From the NCBI GenBank assembly GCA_963737905.1, contig CAVTUQ010000009.1, forward strand, positions 32,001-96,000: 64,000 bases of DNA. Reading direction: 5' to 3'. The DNA comes from an uncultured delta proteobacterium (lineage in GTDB: Bacteria; Desulfobacterota; Binatia; UBA9968). Both the position numbers and the translations under genes were made by a program. The notes beneath the pieces were generated by a model. That model saw nothing but the letters and a program-made list of their open reading frames with translations, did no database searches and was not told where the DNA came from. Positions 1-11,531 of this stretch are shown piece by piece. Numbering within the stretch: the stretch's first letter is position 1; each line of letters starts with the position of its first letter.

Positions 1-202
1 TAAGAAATCCTTCAGCAGCCGCTCTGATAGAATCGGTGGGCACACCTGTTTTTTGGATAGGGAAAAGCCCGGGGACCACCCTCCCGCCGGAAGTAATTCC
101 TTTGAATGGCTCCGCCACCGCCTTGAGCGCATTTTCGACGTAGCCTGCAGGGCCGCCGCCCATGCGCAGCGCCCGCTTGGGTGAGGTCTTGGTGGCTGTC
201 AT
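1..202 (-). CDS. DUF3500-family protein, N-terminal part (runs off window edge)
   Basis: Not in ORF track; frame from ATG 202 reads MTATKTSPKRALRMGGGPAGYVENALKAVAEPFKGITSGGRVVPGLFPIQKTGVPTDSIRAAAEGFL, resembling DUF3500 N-termini. Confidence 0.55.
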   Translation of the reverse strand, partial: MTATKTSPKRALRMGGGPAGYVENALKAVAEPFKGITSGGRVVPGLFPIQKTGVPTDSIRAAAEGFL

Positions 203-316
203 CGTAAGTAGTTCCCGGACCGTGGATCGATTCAAAGGGGAGAAGGAATCGCACGATCACTCAAACGAGTTTGCAATCGATAACCACCTATCGAAATGCT
301 AACTTGGAAACCGATC

Positions 317-826
317 TCAGTTATATTCGGTGCCCGGCAGTGGATTCTCGACAGCCTCTTCAAGAGTGGTGGCCCGTTTCCATTCATTTGCCGGACGGCT
401 TTTGCCGTCGGTACCGATCTGGTCCATGGAAGCGTAGATCTCGATCTTATAGCCGTCCGGATCGTAGAACTCTAGGCCCGGATTACCCCCCGGGCCCCGG
501 CGGCCCTCGTAGAAGATTTTTACCCCTTTGGAGCGAAGGAAATCACGAATCTTGAACAGCTCTGCAACGGTCGCTACCTCAAGGGCCATATGATCAAAAC
601 CCACTTGGCCGTGTTTGGGCAATTCGTTTTTCTCTTTGGCTTGAAGCAACGCAACCGTATGGTGATCGGTCGCATTGCGGAAAAACATCATGCCAATTTC
701 GTTTCGGTCGGAGAATTTGAAGCCCATAATCTCCGTCCAGAACTTGCTGCTGCGCTCGATGTCGCTGACGCTCAGAACCACGTGTCCGATCTTCTTGATC
801 TTGATGGGAGATTTTTCTTCCGCCAT
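317..826 (-). CDS. VOC/glyoxalase superfamily protein (extradiol dioxygenase-like)
   Basis: IGHVVL, DHHTVAL, FDHMAL and FYDPDGYKIE motifs; AGGAGG SD upstream. Confidence 0.85.
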   Translation of the reverse strand: MAEEKSPIKIKKIGHVVLSVSDIERSSKFWTEIMGFKFSDRNEIGMMFFRNATDHHTVALLQAKEKNELPKHGQVGFDHMALEVATVAELFKIRDFLRSKGVKIFYEGRRGPGGNPGLEFYDPDGYKIEIYASMDQIGTDGKSRPANEWKRATTLEEAVENPLPGTEYN

Positions 827-886
827 AAGTTCCTCCTTTGCTGGATCTTTGTTAAACTCATGAGTTAGAAAGCCACCGGTTTATGT

Positions 887-921
887 CCCTCACCTCTCTC
901 TCCTCCGCTAAGGGGAGAGAG
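887..921. repeat. REP-like palindrome CCCTCACCTCTCTCTCCT..AGGGGAGAGAG
   Basis: Pyrimidine/purine inverted repeat in intergenic DNA; similar core at 10132-10167. Confidence 0.5.
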
Positions 922-1161
922 AACTAGGATAAGAGGACAGACTGAAAATCGGTCGGCATTGGCTACCTGAACTAGCCGGTTGTCTATCATGGAAACGGCA
1001 CCAAGGCAATTTCTTAACGGTGTTGATTAGGTAGAATGAGTCGGGTATACGGAGACCCACAGGTGGCGCGGCAGGCCGGTGGGTCAACGTCGGCCATTTC
1101 AAAGACCCTGCCGCGAGGTTGATTCCACCTAGTCAACAACGTCCGAATTACGCTCACAGAG

Positions 1162-1656
1162 ATGTTTCGTCGTGTTGATCTTCCCGCGCGGGTCCCTGGA
1201 AAATTGTTGCTGCACAGCATGCCGGGCCGCTTTGAAACGATCGAGAGGGCTTGGCAACAGGTGAAGAGCGACGCGGTCGGCTCGATCGTCTGTTTAGCCG
1301 AACAATACGAAATCCGCCTGAAATCCGCCGCCTACGCAGAAGCCCTGGAAGGCGGGAATGTTCCCTGTTCCGTGCTGTCTTTGGAAATTCGTGAGGGCGG
1401 CGTGCCCGAAGACCGGGATGGCTTCTGGACGCTCGCGAATGCGGTCGCGAATCGATTGGAATCGGGGGAAGCGGTGCTGGTTCATTGCGCGGGCGGGCTC
1501 GGCCGCACGGCCATGCTTGCGATCGCTGTGTTAATGGTGTTGGGGGAACCGATGAACGAGGCGGAAAGCGCGGTTTCGCGAGCGGGATCTATGGTGGAGA
1601 CAATGCCGCAAATCGAAATGCTTTCCTGGTGCGCGACACGGGCTTCGCTCAAATGA
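1162..1656 (+). CDS. Dual-specificity/protein-tyrosine phosphatase
   Basis: Catalytic HCAGGLGRT (CX5R) loop and VET..Q motif. Confidence 0.88.
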   Translation: MFRRVDLPARVPGKLLLHSMPGRFETIERAWQQVKSDAVGSIVCLAEQYEIRLKSAAYAEALEGGNVPCSVLSLEIREGGVPEDRDGFWTLANAVANRLESGEAVLVHCAGGLGRTAMLAIAVLMVLGEPMNEAESAVSRAGSMVETMPQIEMLSWCATRASLK

Positions 1657-1753
1657 GGAATGGGTCGATGCGACTCATCGCCGAAAGTTTCATTCGCCGC
1701 AGCTGAGCCATGCTCCTTCTTGACCTCCATGCGTGTGACTTAAGGGATCTCAT

Positions 1754-2245
1754 CTGAATATTCTCGATCAGTTCTTAGGTAAGGAGGCAGGGAATCTCGT
1801 TCAGTTCATAAAATATGCGATCAGTGGGGGCATAGCCACGGCAGCTCACATATTGGTCTTTCATCTCGCCGCGTGGAAATTATTTTTCGCTTTACAGGCC
1901 AACGATTGGTTCGCAAGACTGTTGAAGCTGCCGATTCAAAAGTTGGACAACACCACGCGGTCACGAAATTCCATGAAGGCAAACGGCGTGGCGTTCGTCA
2001 TTTCAAACTTGGTGGCGTATTTGATCAACATTTATTGGGTGTTTGTTCCCGGCCGTTATCCCTGGGTCGTGGAAATCCTTTTATTTTATCTTGTTTCAGG
2101 TGTCGCCATCGTGATTGGCACCGGATTCATGGGTTTTCTGATCCGACGTTTCGGCATGCTGACAACGTATGCTTTCGGCGCCAACATTTTTACCGCTATC
2201 ATGATTAATTACGCGATGCGCAAGTTCTTCATTTTCAACGGATAG
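1754..2245 (+). CDS. GtrA-family membrane protein
   Basis: QFIKYAISGGIAT, YLINIYWVF and NYAMRKFFIF GtrA motifs; frame open back to CTG 1754 (ORF track starts at TTG 1853). Confidence 0.8.
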   Translation: MNILDQFLGKEAGNLVQFIKYAISGGIATAAHILVFHLAAWKLFFALQANDWFARLLKLPIQKLDNTTRSRNSMKANGVAFVISNLVAYLINIYWVFVPGRYPWVVEILLFYLVSGVAIVIGTGFMGFLIRRFGMLTTYAFGANIFTAIMINYAMRKFFIFNG

Positions 2246-2271
2246 AAAATTCGGCACTACAACTCAACAAA

Positions 2272-3720
2272 CTAGGGTAGCTTGGCGACGTTCCACCCGC
2301 CGCCCAGCGCTTTGATCAAAAGCACGCTGGCATTGAGGCGGTTCCCAAGTATATTGATGGAAGTCCTTTCGTTGTTGAGCGCCGCCGTCTGAGCGATGAT
2401 GACCTGAAGATAGCTGGTAATCCCGGCTTTGTACTGGTTGCCGACTACGGTGACGGTTTGCTGCGCGGCGTTTACGGCTGCATCCTGGACTTGGGCTTCG
2501 CTTTCGAGAATCCGCAGCGCTGCGAGGTTATCTTCAACCTCTTGGAATGCGGTTAACACGGTCTCGCGGTAAGAGGCCACGCTGCCATCATAGACCCCAC
2601 GAGCCTGTTCCGTCAGCCCCGCGCGCAGGCCGCCGTCAAAAACAGTCTCCGAAATGGCTGGTCCCGCTGACCAGAGACGGCTTGGCGCCGAGATCCACTG
2701 GCTCAGGCTGGTACTTTGAAAACCACCGGTGGCATGCAGCGAAACCGTAGGATAGTAGGCCGCGAGGGCTGCCCCGATCTGAGCGTTGGCAGCGGCAACC
2801 TGCCGCTCGGCGGCGGCGATGTCGGGTCGGCGCTCAAGGACTTCCGATGGGACGCCTACCGGAATCGGCGGCGGCACTATAGTCATAGCTAGTGGTGCCG
2901 CAGGAATGGAAACCACGGAGGCGGGTTTGCCGATTAGCAGCGCGATGGCATGCTCGAACTGCGCGCGCTGCACGCCCACATCGATGGCTTGCGCCTGGGT
3001 GGTCTTGAGCTGGGTCTCGGCCTGGAGCACGTCCGCCCTCGATACGACACCGCTGGCGTATCGATTGTTGGTCAAGTCCAGCGATTTTTGAAAGTCCGCG
3101 GCGGACGCGTCGAGGAGCTGCTTCTGTGTATCGAGAGTTCGCAGCTGAAAATAATCTTGTGCCAGTTCGATCTGAGCGCTCAGCCGCGCGGTTTCCAGAT
3201 CCGCCGCGCTCGCCTGGGCGCCGGCTTGGCTGGATTCCACAAGGCGACGGATCCGACCCCAGACATCTATTTCCCAAGAAGCATCGACGGCCATTGCAAA
3301 TAGTGTAGGTGCCGTCCTCCCGGAGGAGCTGTTACTGATTCTAGTCTTCGTGGACTGACTGGAGTTATTCAGGCTAGCGCCGATGGTCACCGTTGGAAAG
3401 TAGGCCGCTCGGGCTTGCTGGACGAGCGCACGCGCCTGGCGGTACTGCGCTTCCGCAAGAGCCACGTTTTGATTGGAGACATCCACCTGTTCTTCGAAGG
3501 CGTTTAATTGGGGATCGTCGAACATCTCCCACCAGTTGCCGCGGAGAGTCGCGTCTTTGGGTTGCGCCACTTGCCAGCCTGTGTTTTCCCTGAAAGCATC
3601 GGGCACTTCGACGGTGGGCTTCACATAGTTCGGACCGACTGTGCAGCCAGCAAGCCAGCCAAAACTGATCGTCGCCAACGCCAGGAGAAAGGGCTGAACT
3701 ATTTTCGTTAAGTGACGCAT
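2272..3720 (-). CDS. RND efflux outer-membrane lipoprotein, NodT/OprM family
   Basis: Lipobox LAGC-TVGPNY, WEIDVWGRIRR, RRPDIAAAE, KALGGGW. Confidence 0.93.
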   Translation of the reverse strand: MRHLTKIVQPFLLALATISFGWLAGCTVGPNYVKPTVEVPDAFRENTGWQVAQPKDATLRGNWWEMFDDPQLNAFEEQVDVSNQNVALAEAQYRQARALVQQARAAYFPTVTIGASLNNSSQSTKTRISNSSSGRTAPTLFAMAVDASWEIDVWGRIRRLVESSQAGAQASAADLETARLSAQIELAQDYFQLRTLDTQKQLLDASAADFQKSLDLTNNRYASGVVSRADVLQAETQLKTTQAQAIDVGVQRAQFEHAIALLIGKPASVVSIPAAPLAMTIVPPPIPVGVPSEVLERRPDIAAAERQVAAANAQIGAALAAYYPTVSLHATGGFQSTSLSQWISAPSRLWSAGPAISETVFDGGLRAGLTEQARGVYDGSVASYRETVLTAFQEVEDNLAALRILESEAQVQDAAVNAAQQTVTVVGNQYKAGITSYLQVIIAQTAALNNERTSINILGNRLNASVLLIKALGGGWNVAKLP

Positions 3721-3756
3721 GAATTCGTTGTATTCAGTCGCCTCGCTTGCAGAAGC

Positions 3757-3783
3757 AGTTCAAAACGTTCAAGCCGTTCAAAG
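3757..3783. repeat. 9-bp tandem repeat (CGTTCAANN x3)
   Basis: agttcaaaa cgttcaagc cgttcaaag in the mdtC-OMF spacer, flanked by cgcctcgct direct repeats. Confidence 0.75.
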
Positions 3784-3839
3784 CGCGCCTCGCTCAGTCT
3801 TTTTGAGCTGCCTGCGAAACAGAAGGTTTCGGCGACCTG

Positions 3840-6800
3840 TCAATCAGCCTCTTGCATGATTGGTCTGGTCAGCCGTGCCCGTCGGCGCTGGAACCAAAGA
3901 CGGCGGCGATCGAGGTAGAGATACATCACCGGGGTCGTGTAAAGCGTCAGCAGCTGACTGAAGATCAGCCCTCCGACGATGGCGATCCCCAACGGCCGCC
4001 GCAATTCTGACCCTACTCCCAATCCCAGCGCCAGCGGCAGCGCTCCCAAGAGTGCCGCCATCGTCGTCATCATGATCGGCCGGAAGCGCAGCAGGCAGGC
4101 CTGGTAAATCGCCTCCACAGAGCTTTTCCCCGCGGTGCGCTCGGCCTCGAGCGCGAAATCGATCATCATGATCGCGTTTTTCTTGACGATGCCGATCAGC
4201 AAGATAATGCCGATCAGCGCGATGACGCTCAGTTCGGTGCGGCATAAGAGCAGCGCAAGCAGCGCGCCTACGCCTGCCGAAGGCAAGGTGGACAGAATTG
4301 TGATCGGATGAATCATACTCTCGTAAAGAACGCCGAGCACGATGTAGACCGTCAGTAGCGCGGCGGCGATAAGCAGCGGTTCGCTCGCTAATGATGCTTG
4401 GAAGGCTTGGGCGGTTCCCTGGAAGCTGCCGTGGATGTTCGCCGGCAGGCCGATCTGGCGCTCGGCTTCATCGACCGCTGCTACCGCGTCGCCCAGCGCC
4501 AACCCGGGCTGTAAATTGAACGATAGCGTGACGGCGGGAAACTGTCCCTGGTGTGTCACGACGAGCGGGGCAGTGGAAGGCTCATAATGCGTGAAGGTGC
4601 TCAAAGGGACCTGAGCGCCGCTCAGTGTTTTCACGTAAATGTGTTTTAGACTGTCAGGGCTTTGCCAGAATTGGGGGTCCACCTCCAGCACGACATGGTA
4701 CTGATTGAGCTGCGTGTACATGGTCGATACCTGTCGCTGGCCGAAGGCGTCGTAAAGTGTGTTGTCGATCATTTGTGTCGAAATCCCGAGCCTTGCGGCG
4801 GTAGCTCGGTCGATGACCAAGCCCGCCTGGAGTCCCTTATTTTGTTGATTGCTGTTAACGTCGAGCAACCCGCGCACGGTTTTGAGCTTCTGGAGCATGC
4901 GTGGACCCCATACGAGGAGGTCGTGCACGTTGTCGCTCTGCAACGTGTATTGGTATTGCGCGTTCGTCATGCGGCCGCCCACACGCAAGTCCTGCACCGG
5001 CTGAAGGTAGAGGGTGACCGCGGGAATACGAGCAAGCTTTTGACGCAAGCGCGCAATGACCTGCTCGGCGTTGATCTTGCGTTCTGCCAGAGGCTTCAAA
5101 GTGAGAAACATATTGCCCGTGTTCAAGGGCCTACCGCCAAATCCGCCGCCATTAAAGGCCATGACGGAATCCACCGCTGGGTCCTCCACAACCGTCTCCG
5201 CCAACTGCGTGATTCGGCTCCGCATTTCCTGAAAGGAAATGTCCTGATCGCCCTGGATCGATCCGTTGATCCGGCCTGTGTCCTGCTGGGGAAAGAAGCC
5301 CTTCGGGATTTTCACGTAGAGAAAGACGGTCGCTCCCATCGTCAGGAGCGTCACCAGAAGGATCAGCGGTTGATGCTTGAGCACCCAGGTGAGGGAGGAC
5401 TCATATTTGCCGAGGATCCACTGGAACACGCGCTCACTGGCCTGGTACAGCCGCCCGTGGTTCTCTTGATCGTGGGACCGTAGCAGCCGCGCGCACATCA
5501 TCGGTGTGGTCGTCAAAGACACCAGCAACGAGACGCCGATGGCCAACGACAGGGTGACGGCGAACTCACGAAAAAGGCGGCCGACAATGCCGCCCATCAT
5601 CAGGATCGGGATGAAGACCGCCACCAACGACAAGCTGATCGAGATCACGGTAAAACCGATTTCCTTGGCGCCGAGTAATGCCGCCTCCAGCGGGGCCATT
5701 CCCTGCTCCAGGTGGCGGGTGATATTTTCGATAACGACGATGGCGTCGTCGACGACGAATCCGGTGCCGATGGTGAGCGCCATGAGCGATAGATTGTCCA
5801 GGCTATAGCCGAACAGATACATGCCGCCGAACGTGCCGATGAGAGAGATCGGCACAGCGACGCTCGGGATGATCGTCGACCGCACACTGCGTAAGAAAAG
5901 AAAAACCACGAGAATGACCAGTACGATAGAGATCAACAACGTGATTTGCACATCGTGGACCGAAGCGCGAATCGTTGTGGTGGCGTTTAAGACTACGGAG
6001 AGTTTAATGGTCGGAGGGATGGAAGCGCGAAATGATGGCAGCAAGGCGAGGACGCGGTCGACGGTGTCGATGATATTTGCGCCCGGTTGACGATAGACGA
6101 CGAGCAAAACGGCGGGTTTTCCGTTCGCGAGACCCCCCGTGCGAATATCCTCCACCGAGTCGGTGACGGTGGCGACATCAGCGAGGCGCACCGCTCCACC
6201 GTTCCGGTAGGTGACAACCAGCGGCCGATAAGCATCGGCTTTCAGCAATTGGTCGGTAGCGCTGAGCGACCAGGTGTGGCTTCCATCCGCGAGAGAGCCT
6301 TTGGGGCGGTTAGCATTGGCGCTGCTCAGAACCGCCCGCAGATCTTCCAGACCGAGTCCATAGTGATTTAAGATTGTCGGGTTGGCATCGACCCGGACCG
6401 CCGGGAGCGCCCCGCCGCCGACATCCACTTGACCGACGCCTTTTACTTCCGAAAGTTTCTGCTGCAGGATGGAAGAGGCAATATCGTACATCCGAGCTTT
6501 TTCGACTAGGTCAGAAGTCAGGGCAAGCATCAGAATTGGCGCGTCGGCGGGATTGACTTTCTTGTAGGAAGGATTGCTCGGCAGATTGCTTGGCAGTTGG
6601 CCCCGGGCAGCGTTGATCGCAGCCTGGACGTCCCGAGCCGCCGCGTCGATATTCCGATTTAAGTCGAATTGCAAAACAATGGCCGTCGAGCCGATGGAGC
6701 TTGACGAGGTCATTTCGGTGACGCCGGCGATACGTCCGAATTGGCGTTCCAGCGGCGTTGCGACGGAAGAGGCCATGGTCTCGGGGCTCGCGCCCGGGAG

Positions 6801-6950
6801 CTTCGCCTGAACATTGATGGTGGGAAATTCCACCTGAGGCAAAGGGGAAACCGGGAGAAAGCGATAAGCTACGGCGCCCGCAAGTCCCACCGCCACGGTC
6901 AACAGCGTTGTAGCGACCGGTCTTCTAATGAACGGCGCCGAGATACTCAT
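3840..6950 (-). CDS. mdtC: Multidrug efflux RND permease MdtC
   Basis: 1036 aa; [41 protein letters not shown]; follows mdtB. Confidence 0.9.
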   Translation of the reverse strand: MSISAPFIRRPVATTLLTVAVGLAGAVAYRFLPVSPLPQVEFPTINVQAKLPGASPETMASSVATPLERQFGRIAGVTEMTSSSSIGSTAIVLQFDLNRNIDAAARDVQAAINAARGQLPSNLPSNPSYKKVNPADAPILMLALTSDLVEKARMYDIASSILQQKLSEVKGVGQVDVGGGALPAVRVDANPTILNHYGLGLEDLRAVLSSANANRPKGSLADGSHTWSLSATDQLLKADAYRPLVVTYRNGGAVRLADVATVTDSVEDIRTGGLANGKPAVLLVVYRQPGANIIDTVDRVLALLPSFRASIPPTIKLSVVLNATTTIRASVHDVQITLLISIVLVILVVFLFLRSVRSTIIPSVAVPISLIGTFGGMYLFGYSLDNLSLMALTIGTGFVVDDAIVVIENITRHLEQGMAPLEAALLGAKEIGFTVISISLSLVAVFIPILMMGGIVGRLFREFAVTLSLAIGVSLLVSLTTTPMMCARLLRSHDQENHGRLYQASERVFQWILGKYESSLTWVLKHQPLILLVTLLTMGATVFLYVKIPKGFFPQQDTGRINGSIQGDQDISFQEMRSRITQLAETVVEDPAVDSVMAFNGGGFGGRPLNTGNMFLTLKPLAERKINAEQVIARLRQKLARIPAVTLYLQPVQDLRVGGRMTNAQYQYTLQSDNVHDLLVWGPRMLQKLKTVRGLLDVNSNQQNKGLQAGLVIDRATAARLGISTQMIDNTLYDAFGQRQVSTMYTQLNQYHVVLEVDPQFWQSPDSLKHIYVKTLSGAQVPLSTFTHYEPSTAPLVVTHQGQFPAVTLSFNLQPGLALGDAVAAVDEAERQIGLPANIHGSFQGTAQAFQASLASEPLLIAAALLTVYIVLGVLYESMIHPITILSTLPSAGVGALLALLLCRTELSVIALIGIILLIGIVKKNAIMMIDFALEAERTAGKSSVEAIYQACLLRFRPIMMTTMAALLGALPLALGLGVGSELRRPLGIAIVGGLIFSQLLTLYTTPVMYLYLDRRRLWFQRRRARLTRPIMQEAD

Positions 6951-9900
6951 GAGCCCGCCTCCGGTTGAAGTTGCGGCTCGCGGCGTTTAGCGCGAAACCG
7001 GGCCAGGCGTTTGGCCAGACGATCGAATGCGAGATAGATCACCGGCGTCGTGTATAGTGTGAGCAGTTGGCTCAAGATCAAGCCGCCGATAATGGAGATT
7101 CCCAACGGGCGGCGCAACTCCGCTCCCATTCCCGTGCCCAGTGCCAAGGGCACGCCACCGAGGAGGGCTGCCATCGTTGTCATGAGGATCGGCCGAAAGC
7201 GCAGCAGGCACGCTTGATAGATGGCGTCCAAGGGGGTTTTTCCTTCCCGGCGCTCAAGGTCGAGAGCGAAGTCGATCATCATAATGGCATTTTTTTTCAC
7301 GATGCCGATCAGCAGAATGATGCCGATCAGCGCGATGACACTGAAATCGGTCCTGCAGATCATCAGCGCGAGCAGCGCGCCGACTCCGGCTGAGGGCAAG
7401 GTCGAGAGAATCGTGATCGGGTGAATATAGCTTTCGTAGAGCACACCGAGGACGATGTAGACGGTCACGAGCGCCGCCAGAATCAAGAATGGCTCGTTAA
7501 CCAGGGAGGCCTGAAACGCTTGCGCCGTTCCTTGAAAGCTGGCCTGAATGCTCGCGGGCAGAACGAGCTCTTGCTTGACCTGGTTGACTGCGGCCACTCC
7601 GTCGCCGAGTGAAGTGCCGGGCGCGAGATTAAACGACACAGTGACTGCCGGAAATTGCCCTTGATGGTTCACTGTAAGCGGAGCACTGCTGGATTCCAGG
7701 CGCGTGAAGGCGCTGAGCGGCACGGTCCCACCCGTACTCGATTGAACGTAGAGATGGCTTAAATCCTGTGGATCTTTTCTAAAATCAGGCTGGGTTTCCA
7801 ACACGACGTGGTACTGATTCAATTGCGTAAATATCGTCGACACCTGGCGTTGCCCGAACGCGTCATAAAGCGTGTTATCGAGCGTCTGTGGCGAAATGCC
7901 GAGCCGGGAAGCTGTCGCGCGATCAATGACAAGGCGCGTCTGGAGCCCTCGGTTCTGCTGGTCGTTAGCCACGTCGCGGAGCATCGGCAGCGACTGGAGC
8001 TTTTGCATAAACCGCGGAACCCACACCGTAAGCTCACTTACGTCGGCATCTTCGAGACTGTACTGAAATTGGGTCCGGCTCACCCGGTCTTCCACCGTCA
8101 AATCCTGAACCGGCTGCATGAAGAGCGTGATGCCATCGACCTTCGCAAGCTGTGGCTGCAGGCGACGAATGATGTCGCTGGCGCTGATCCGCCGCACTTC
8201 GATGGGCTTTAGATTGATCTGGATGCGACCGCTGTTCAGCGTTGTGTTGGTACCGTCGACGCCGATAAAAGAAGACAGGCTTTCGACCGCCGGATCCTGC
8301 AGGATTACGCGCGCCAACGCCTGTTGCCGATCGGCCATGGCGGTGAAGGAGATGCTCTGAGGAGCCTCGGAGACTCCGAGGATGACGCCGGTATCTTGTA
8401 CCGGGAAAAAGCCCTTAGGAATAAAAATGTAGAGTAGCACGGTGCAAACAAGCGTCGCCGCGGCGACCCATAGGGTCGCGGTCTGATGCTCAAAGACCCA
8501 GGTGAGCGTCCGGCCGTAGAATGCGATTACCGACTGAAATGCCCTGTCCGAGGCCCGGTAAAAGCGGCTCTGCTCCGACTCGGGCTTATGTCGCAGCAGT
8601 TTGGCACACATCACGGGCGTGAGCGTCAGCGATACGACCGCAGAGACTAAAATGGTCACGCTGAGGGTAACGGCAAACTCTCGGAACAGGCGTCCGACAA
8701 TGTCGCCCATGAAAAGTAGCGGGATTAAAACCGCGATCAAGGATACGGTGAGCGAGACGATGGTGAATCCTATTTGCTCTGAGCCTTTGAGCGCCGCTTC
8801 GAGCGGCGAGTCGCCTTCCTCGATGTAGCGCATGATGTTTTCGATCATCACGATGGCGTCATCGACCACGAAACCGGTGGAAATGGTAAGCGCCATCAGC
8901 GAGAGGTTGTTCAGGCTGTAGCCGAGCAGGAGCATGACGCCGAAAGTGCCCACGATGGATAGCGGCACGGCGATGCTCGGGATCACGGTGGCGGAAAGCG
9001 TACGGAGAAAGAGGAAAATCACCATGACCACCAACGCGACGGTGAGCATCAGCTCGAACTGCACGTCGCTGACCGAAGCTCGAATCGTCGTCGTGCGGTC
9101 AGTCAGAATCGATAGATCGACTGAGGACGGCAGCGAACTTTTGAGTTGCGGCAGGAGATTCTTTATGCGGTTCACGACGGTGATGATATTGGCGCCCGGC
9201 TGCCGTTGGATGTTGACGATGACCGCAGGCACCTGATTCATCCACGCTGCTTGTTTGACGTTTTCGACATCGTCGATGACCGTGGCGACATCTGAAAGAT
9301 GCACGGGCGCGCCGTTGCGGTAGGCGATGACCAGCGGGCGGTATTGGTCGCTTGACAAGAGCTGATCGTTGGCAGCGATGGTGTAAGCCTGATGGGGACC
9401 GTCGAAGTTTCCTTTGGCCTGGTTGACATTCGCCTGCGCGATGGCCGTTCGCAGGTCTTCCATCGTGAGGCCGTACGATGAAAGCGCCGTCGGGTTCGCC
9501 TGAATACGCACCGCCGGCTTCTGGCCGCCGCTGATGCTCACCAAACCGACGCCGGAGAGCTGTGAGATCTTCTGGGCCAGCCGGGTATCGGCCAGATCTT
9601 CGATTTTGGGAAGCGGCAGCGTCTTTGACGTCAGGGCGAGCGTTAAGACTGGGGCGTCGGCCGGGTTGGTCTTGCTGTAGATCGGGGGATTGGGCAGATC
9701 CGCAGGTAAAAACGTTGATGCAGCGTTGATGGCGGCCTGCACCTCTTGCTCCGCTACGTCGATGTTGAGATCCAGGCTGAATTGTAACGTGATGACCGAG
9801 CTACCGTCGGAACTGGTGGAAGTCATCTGGTTCAAACCCGGGACTTGGCCGAACTGGCGCTCCAGCGGCGCCGTGATGGACGACGCCATCACATCGGGGC

Positions 9901-10063
9901 TTGCGCCGGGATAGAAGGTGACGACCTGGATCGTCGGATAGTCTACCTCCGGCAGCGCCGACACCGGCAGCTGCTTGTAGGCAACCGCTCCAACCAGCAG
10001 CAAACCTGCCATCAATAACGAGGTCGCAATCGGTCTGAGGATAAAGGGTCGAGAGGGATTCAT
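6947..10063 (-). CDS. mdtB: Multidrug efflux RND permease MdtB
   Basis: 1038 aa; [34 protein letters not shown]; ATGA overlap with mdtC. Confidence 0.92.
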   Translation of the reverse strand: MNPSRPFILRPIATSLLMAGLLLVGAVAYKQLPVSALPEVDYPTIQVVTFYPGASPDVMASSITAPLERQFGQVPGLNQMTSTSSDGSSVITLQFSLDLNIDVAEQEVQAAINAASTFLPADLPNPPIYSKTNPADAPVLTLALTSKTLPLPKIEDLADTRLAQKISQLSGVGLVSISGGQKPAVRIQANPTALSSYGLTMEDLRTAIAQANVNQAKGNFDGPHQAYTIAANDQLLSSDQYRPLVIAYRNGAPVHLSDVATVIDDVENVKQAAWMNQVPAVIVNIQRQPGANIITVVNRIKNLLPQLKSSLPSSVDLSILTDRTTTIRASVSDVQFELMLTVALVVMVIFLFLRTLSATVIPSIAVPLSIVGTFGVMLLLGYSLNNLSLMALTISTGFVVDDAIVMIENIMRYIEEGDSPLEAALKGSEQIGFTIVSLTVSLIAVLIPLLFMGDIVGRLFREFAVTLSVTILVSAVVSLTLTPVMCAKLLRHKPESEQSRFYRASDRAFQSVIAFYGRTLTWVFEHQTATLWVAAATLVCTVLLYIFIPKGFFPVQDTGVILGVSEAPQSISFTAMADRQQALARVILQDPAVESLSSFIGVDGTNTTLNSGRIQINLKPIEVRRISASDIIRRLQPQLAKVDGITLFMQPVQDLTVEDRVSRTQFQYSLEDADVSELTVWVPRFMQKLQSLPMLRDVANDQQNRGLQTRLVIDRATASRLGISPQTLDNTLYDAFGQRQVSTIFTQLNQYHVVLETQPDFRKDPQDLSHLYVQSSTGGTVPLSAFTRLESSSAPLTVNHQGQFPAVTVSFNLAPGTSLGDGVAAVNQVKQELVLPASIQASFQGTAQAFQASLVNEPFLILAALVTVYIVLGVLYESYIHPITILSTLPSAGVGALLALMICRTDFSVIALIGIILLIGIVKKNAIMMIDFALDLERREGKTPLDAIYQACLLRFRPILMTTMAALLGGVPLALGTGMGAELRRPLGISIIGGLILSQLLTLYTTPVIYLAFDRLAKRLARFRAKRREPQLQPEAGS

Positions 10064-10081
10064 ATTAGTCTGCGCTTCGCG

Positions 10082-10202
10082 CGTTCAAGTCGTTCAAACC
10101 GTTCCAAACGTTCAAATCGTTTAGAACTTCGTCCCCCGATTCGCGCGGGGGAGGAAAGCGGCGGGGGTTTGAACGTCTTGAACGATTTAAACGTTTTGAA
10201 CC
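10082..10202. repeat. Palindromic 9-mer array: CGTTCAANN x5, central hairpin, inverted NNTTGAACG x4
   Basis: Read directly in the mdtA-mdtB spacer. Confidence 0.85.
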
Positions 10203-10212
10203 TCCTTCATTT

Positions 10213-11389
10213 TTACGAACCCGAGCTTTGCGACCCCTGCAAAGCAACTTTTGCTCCGGGTTGAAGCTTGTCGACTCCGTCGGTCACGACGACCTCTCCC
10301 GCAGTAAGGCCGCGCGCGATTGCCGTCTGGTCCCTCTCGGTTCCTTGGACCTCGACGTTGCGGGCCTCCACCGTATTATCCGGTTTAACAACGTACACGA
10401 ACGCCGACTCCGCGACTGTGTTGGATCGCAGCGTTCGGAACGAGAACTGCGTTGTGGATCGTATCCAGCAGCAGACGCGCATTGACGAACTGATTCGGGA
10501 AGAGGGTAGTGTTCGTGTTCTGAAAGAGCGCCTTGAGCTTGACCGTACCCGTCGTCGGATCGATCTGGTTGTCGATCGTCAGCAGCGATCCCGAGGCAAG
10601 CTTGTGCTTCAGATCGCGGTCGTAAGCTTCCGCCGGCAGCGGGTGCCCTGCTCGCATCTGCTGTTGCACCTGAGGAAGGCTGTCCTCGGAGATCGCGAAG
10701 ATCACGGCGATCGGGTCCATCTGGGTAATGACAAGCAATCCGTTCGTGTCGGAGGCGTGCACGATGTTGCCCGGATCCACAAGACGGAGTCCCACCCGGC
10801 CGGTAATCGGCGCTGTGATGTGGCAATAGGTGAGCTGCAACCTGGCGTTATCGATCTGTCCCTGATCGACTTTGACGGCGCCTTCGTACTGGCGCACGAG
10901 CGATTCCTGAGTGGCTAATTGTTGCTGGGGGATTGAATCCTGACTAAGTAGCACCTGATAGCGCTCGAGGTCGACCTGAGCGTTCTTGAGCAATGCCTGA
11001 TCTTTTGCCATTTGGCCTTCGGCCTGCGTTAACTGCACTTGGAACGGGCGCGAGTCGATTTCGGCGAGCAAATCGCCACTGTGAACAACATCGCCTTCCT
11101 TGAAGGAGACCTTCATCAGCTGGCCGTCAACGCGGCTTTTAACCGTCACGGTGTTGAGTGGCGTCACCGTGCCAAGGCCGGAGAGATAAACAGGCATATC
11201 ACCGGCTTTGGCCTTCGCGGCCACCACTGAAACGGGGCGCGCGCCGAAGTTTTGACGCTGGCGAGCAGCCGGCGAATCCGCGTCACCCGGTTTCACAAAA
11301 TAGACGTAGGTTCCCACTCCTAAAAAAGCTATGCCGATCACTCCGATCCAGTAGCGCTTGTGCCCGATGGTAAAACCGTGTCCTGGCAT
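10213..11389 (-). pseudogene. mdtA: MdtA membrane-fusion protein, frameshifted near 10408-10415 (or sequencing error)
   Basis: ORF 10385-11389 has MFP motifs (VTVKSRVDGQL, ITAPITGRVGLRLVDPGN, FPNQFVN); the expected C-terminus SAFVYVVKPDNTV...VVTDGVDKLQPG continues in another frame to stop 10213. Confidence 0.85.
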
Positions 11390-11531
11390 ATCTTTATTCT
11401 CTCCTAGTGCGTAGCAAACGTTGCGCCCTTCGAGCCGGTGAGCGTAAACGCCCGCAACGAATTCCGTCGATCACCGCTATCTAGGCTTTTCGGTGTAACT
11501 GCTGTTGCTGAAAAACCGTTTCCATCTTCTT

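Noticed and set aside
10065-10247. Short ORFs with LNDLNV/LNVLN repeats (also 46608-47009 and 46711-47004)
   Set aside because: They are translations of the 9-bp DNA repeats, not credible proteins.
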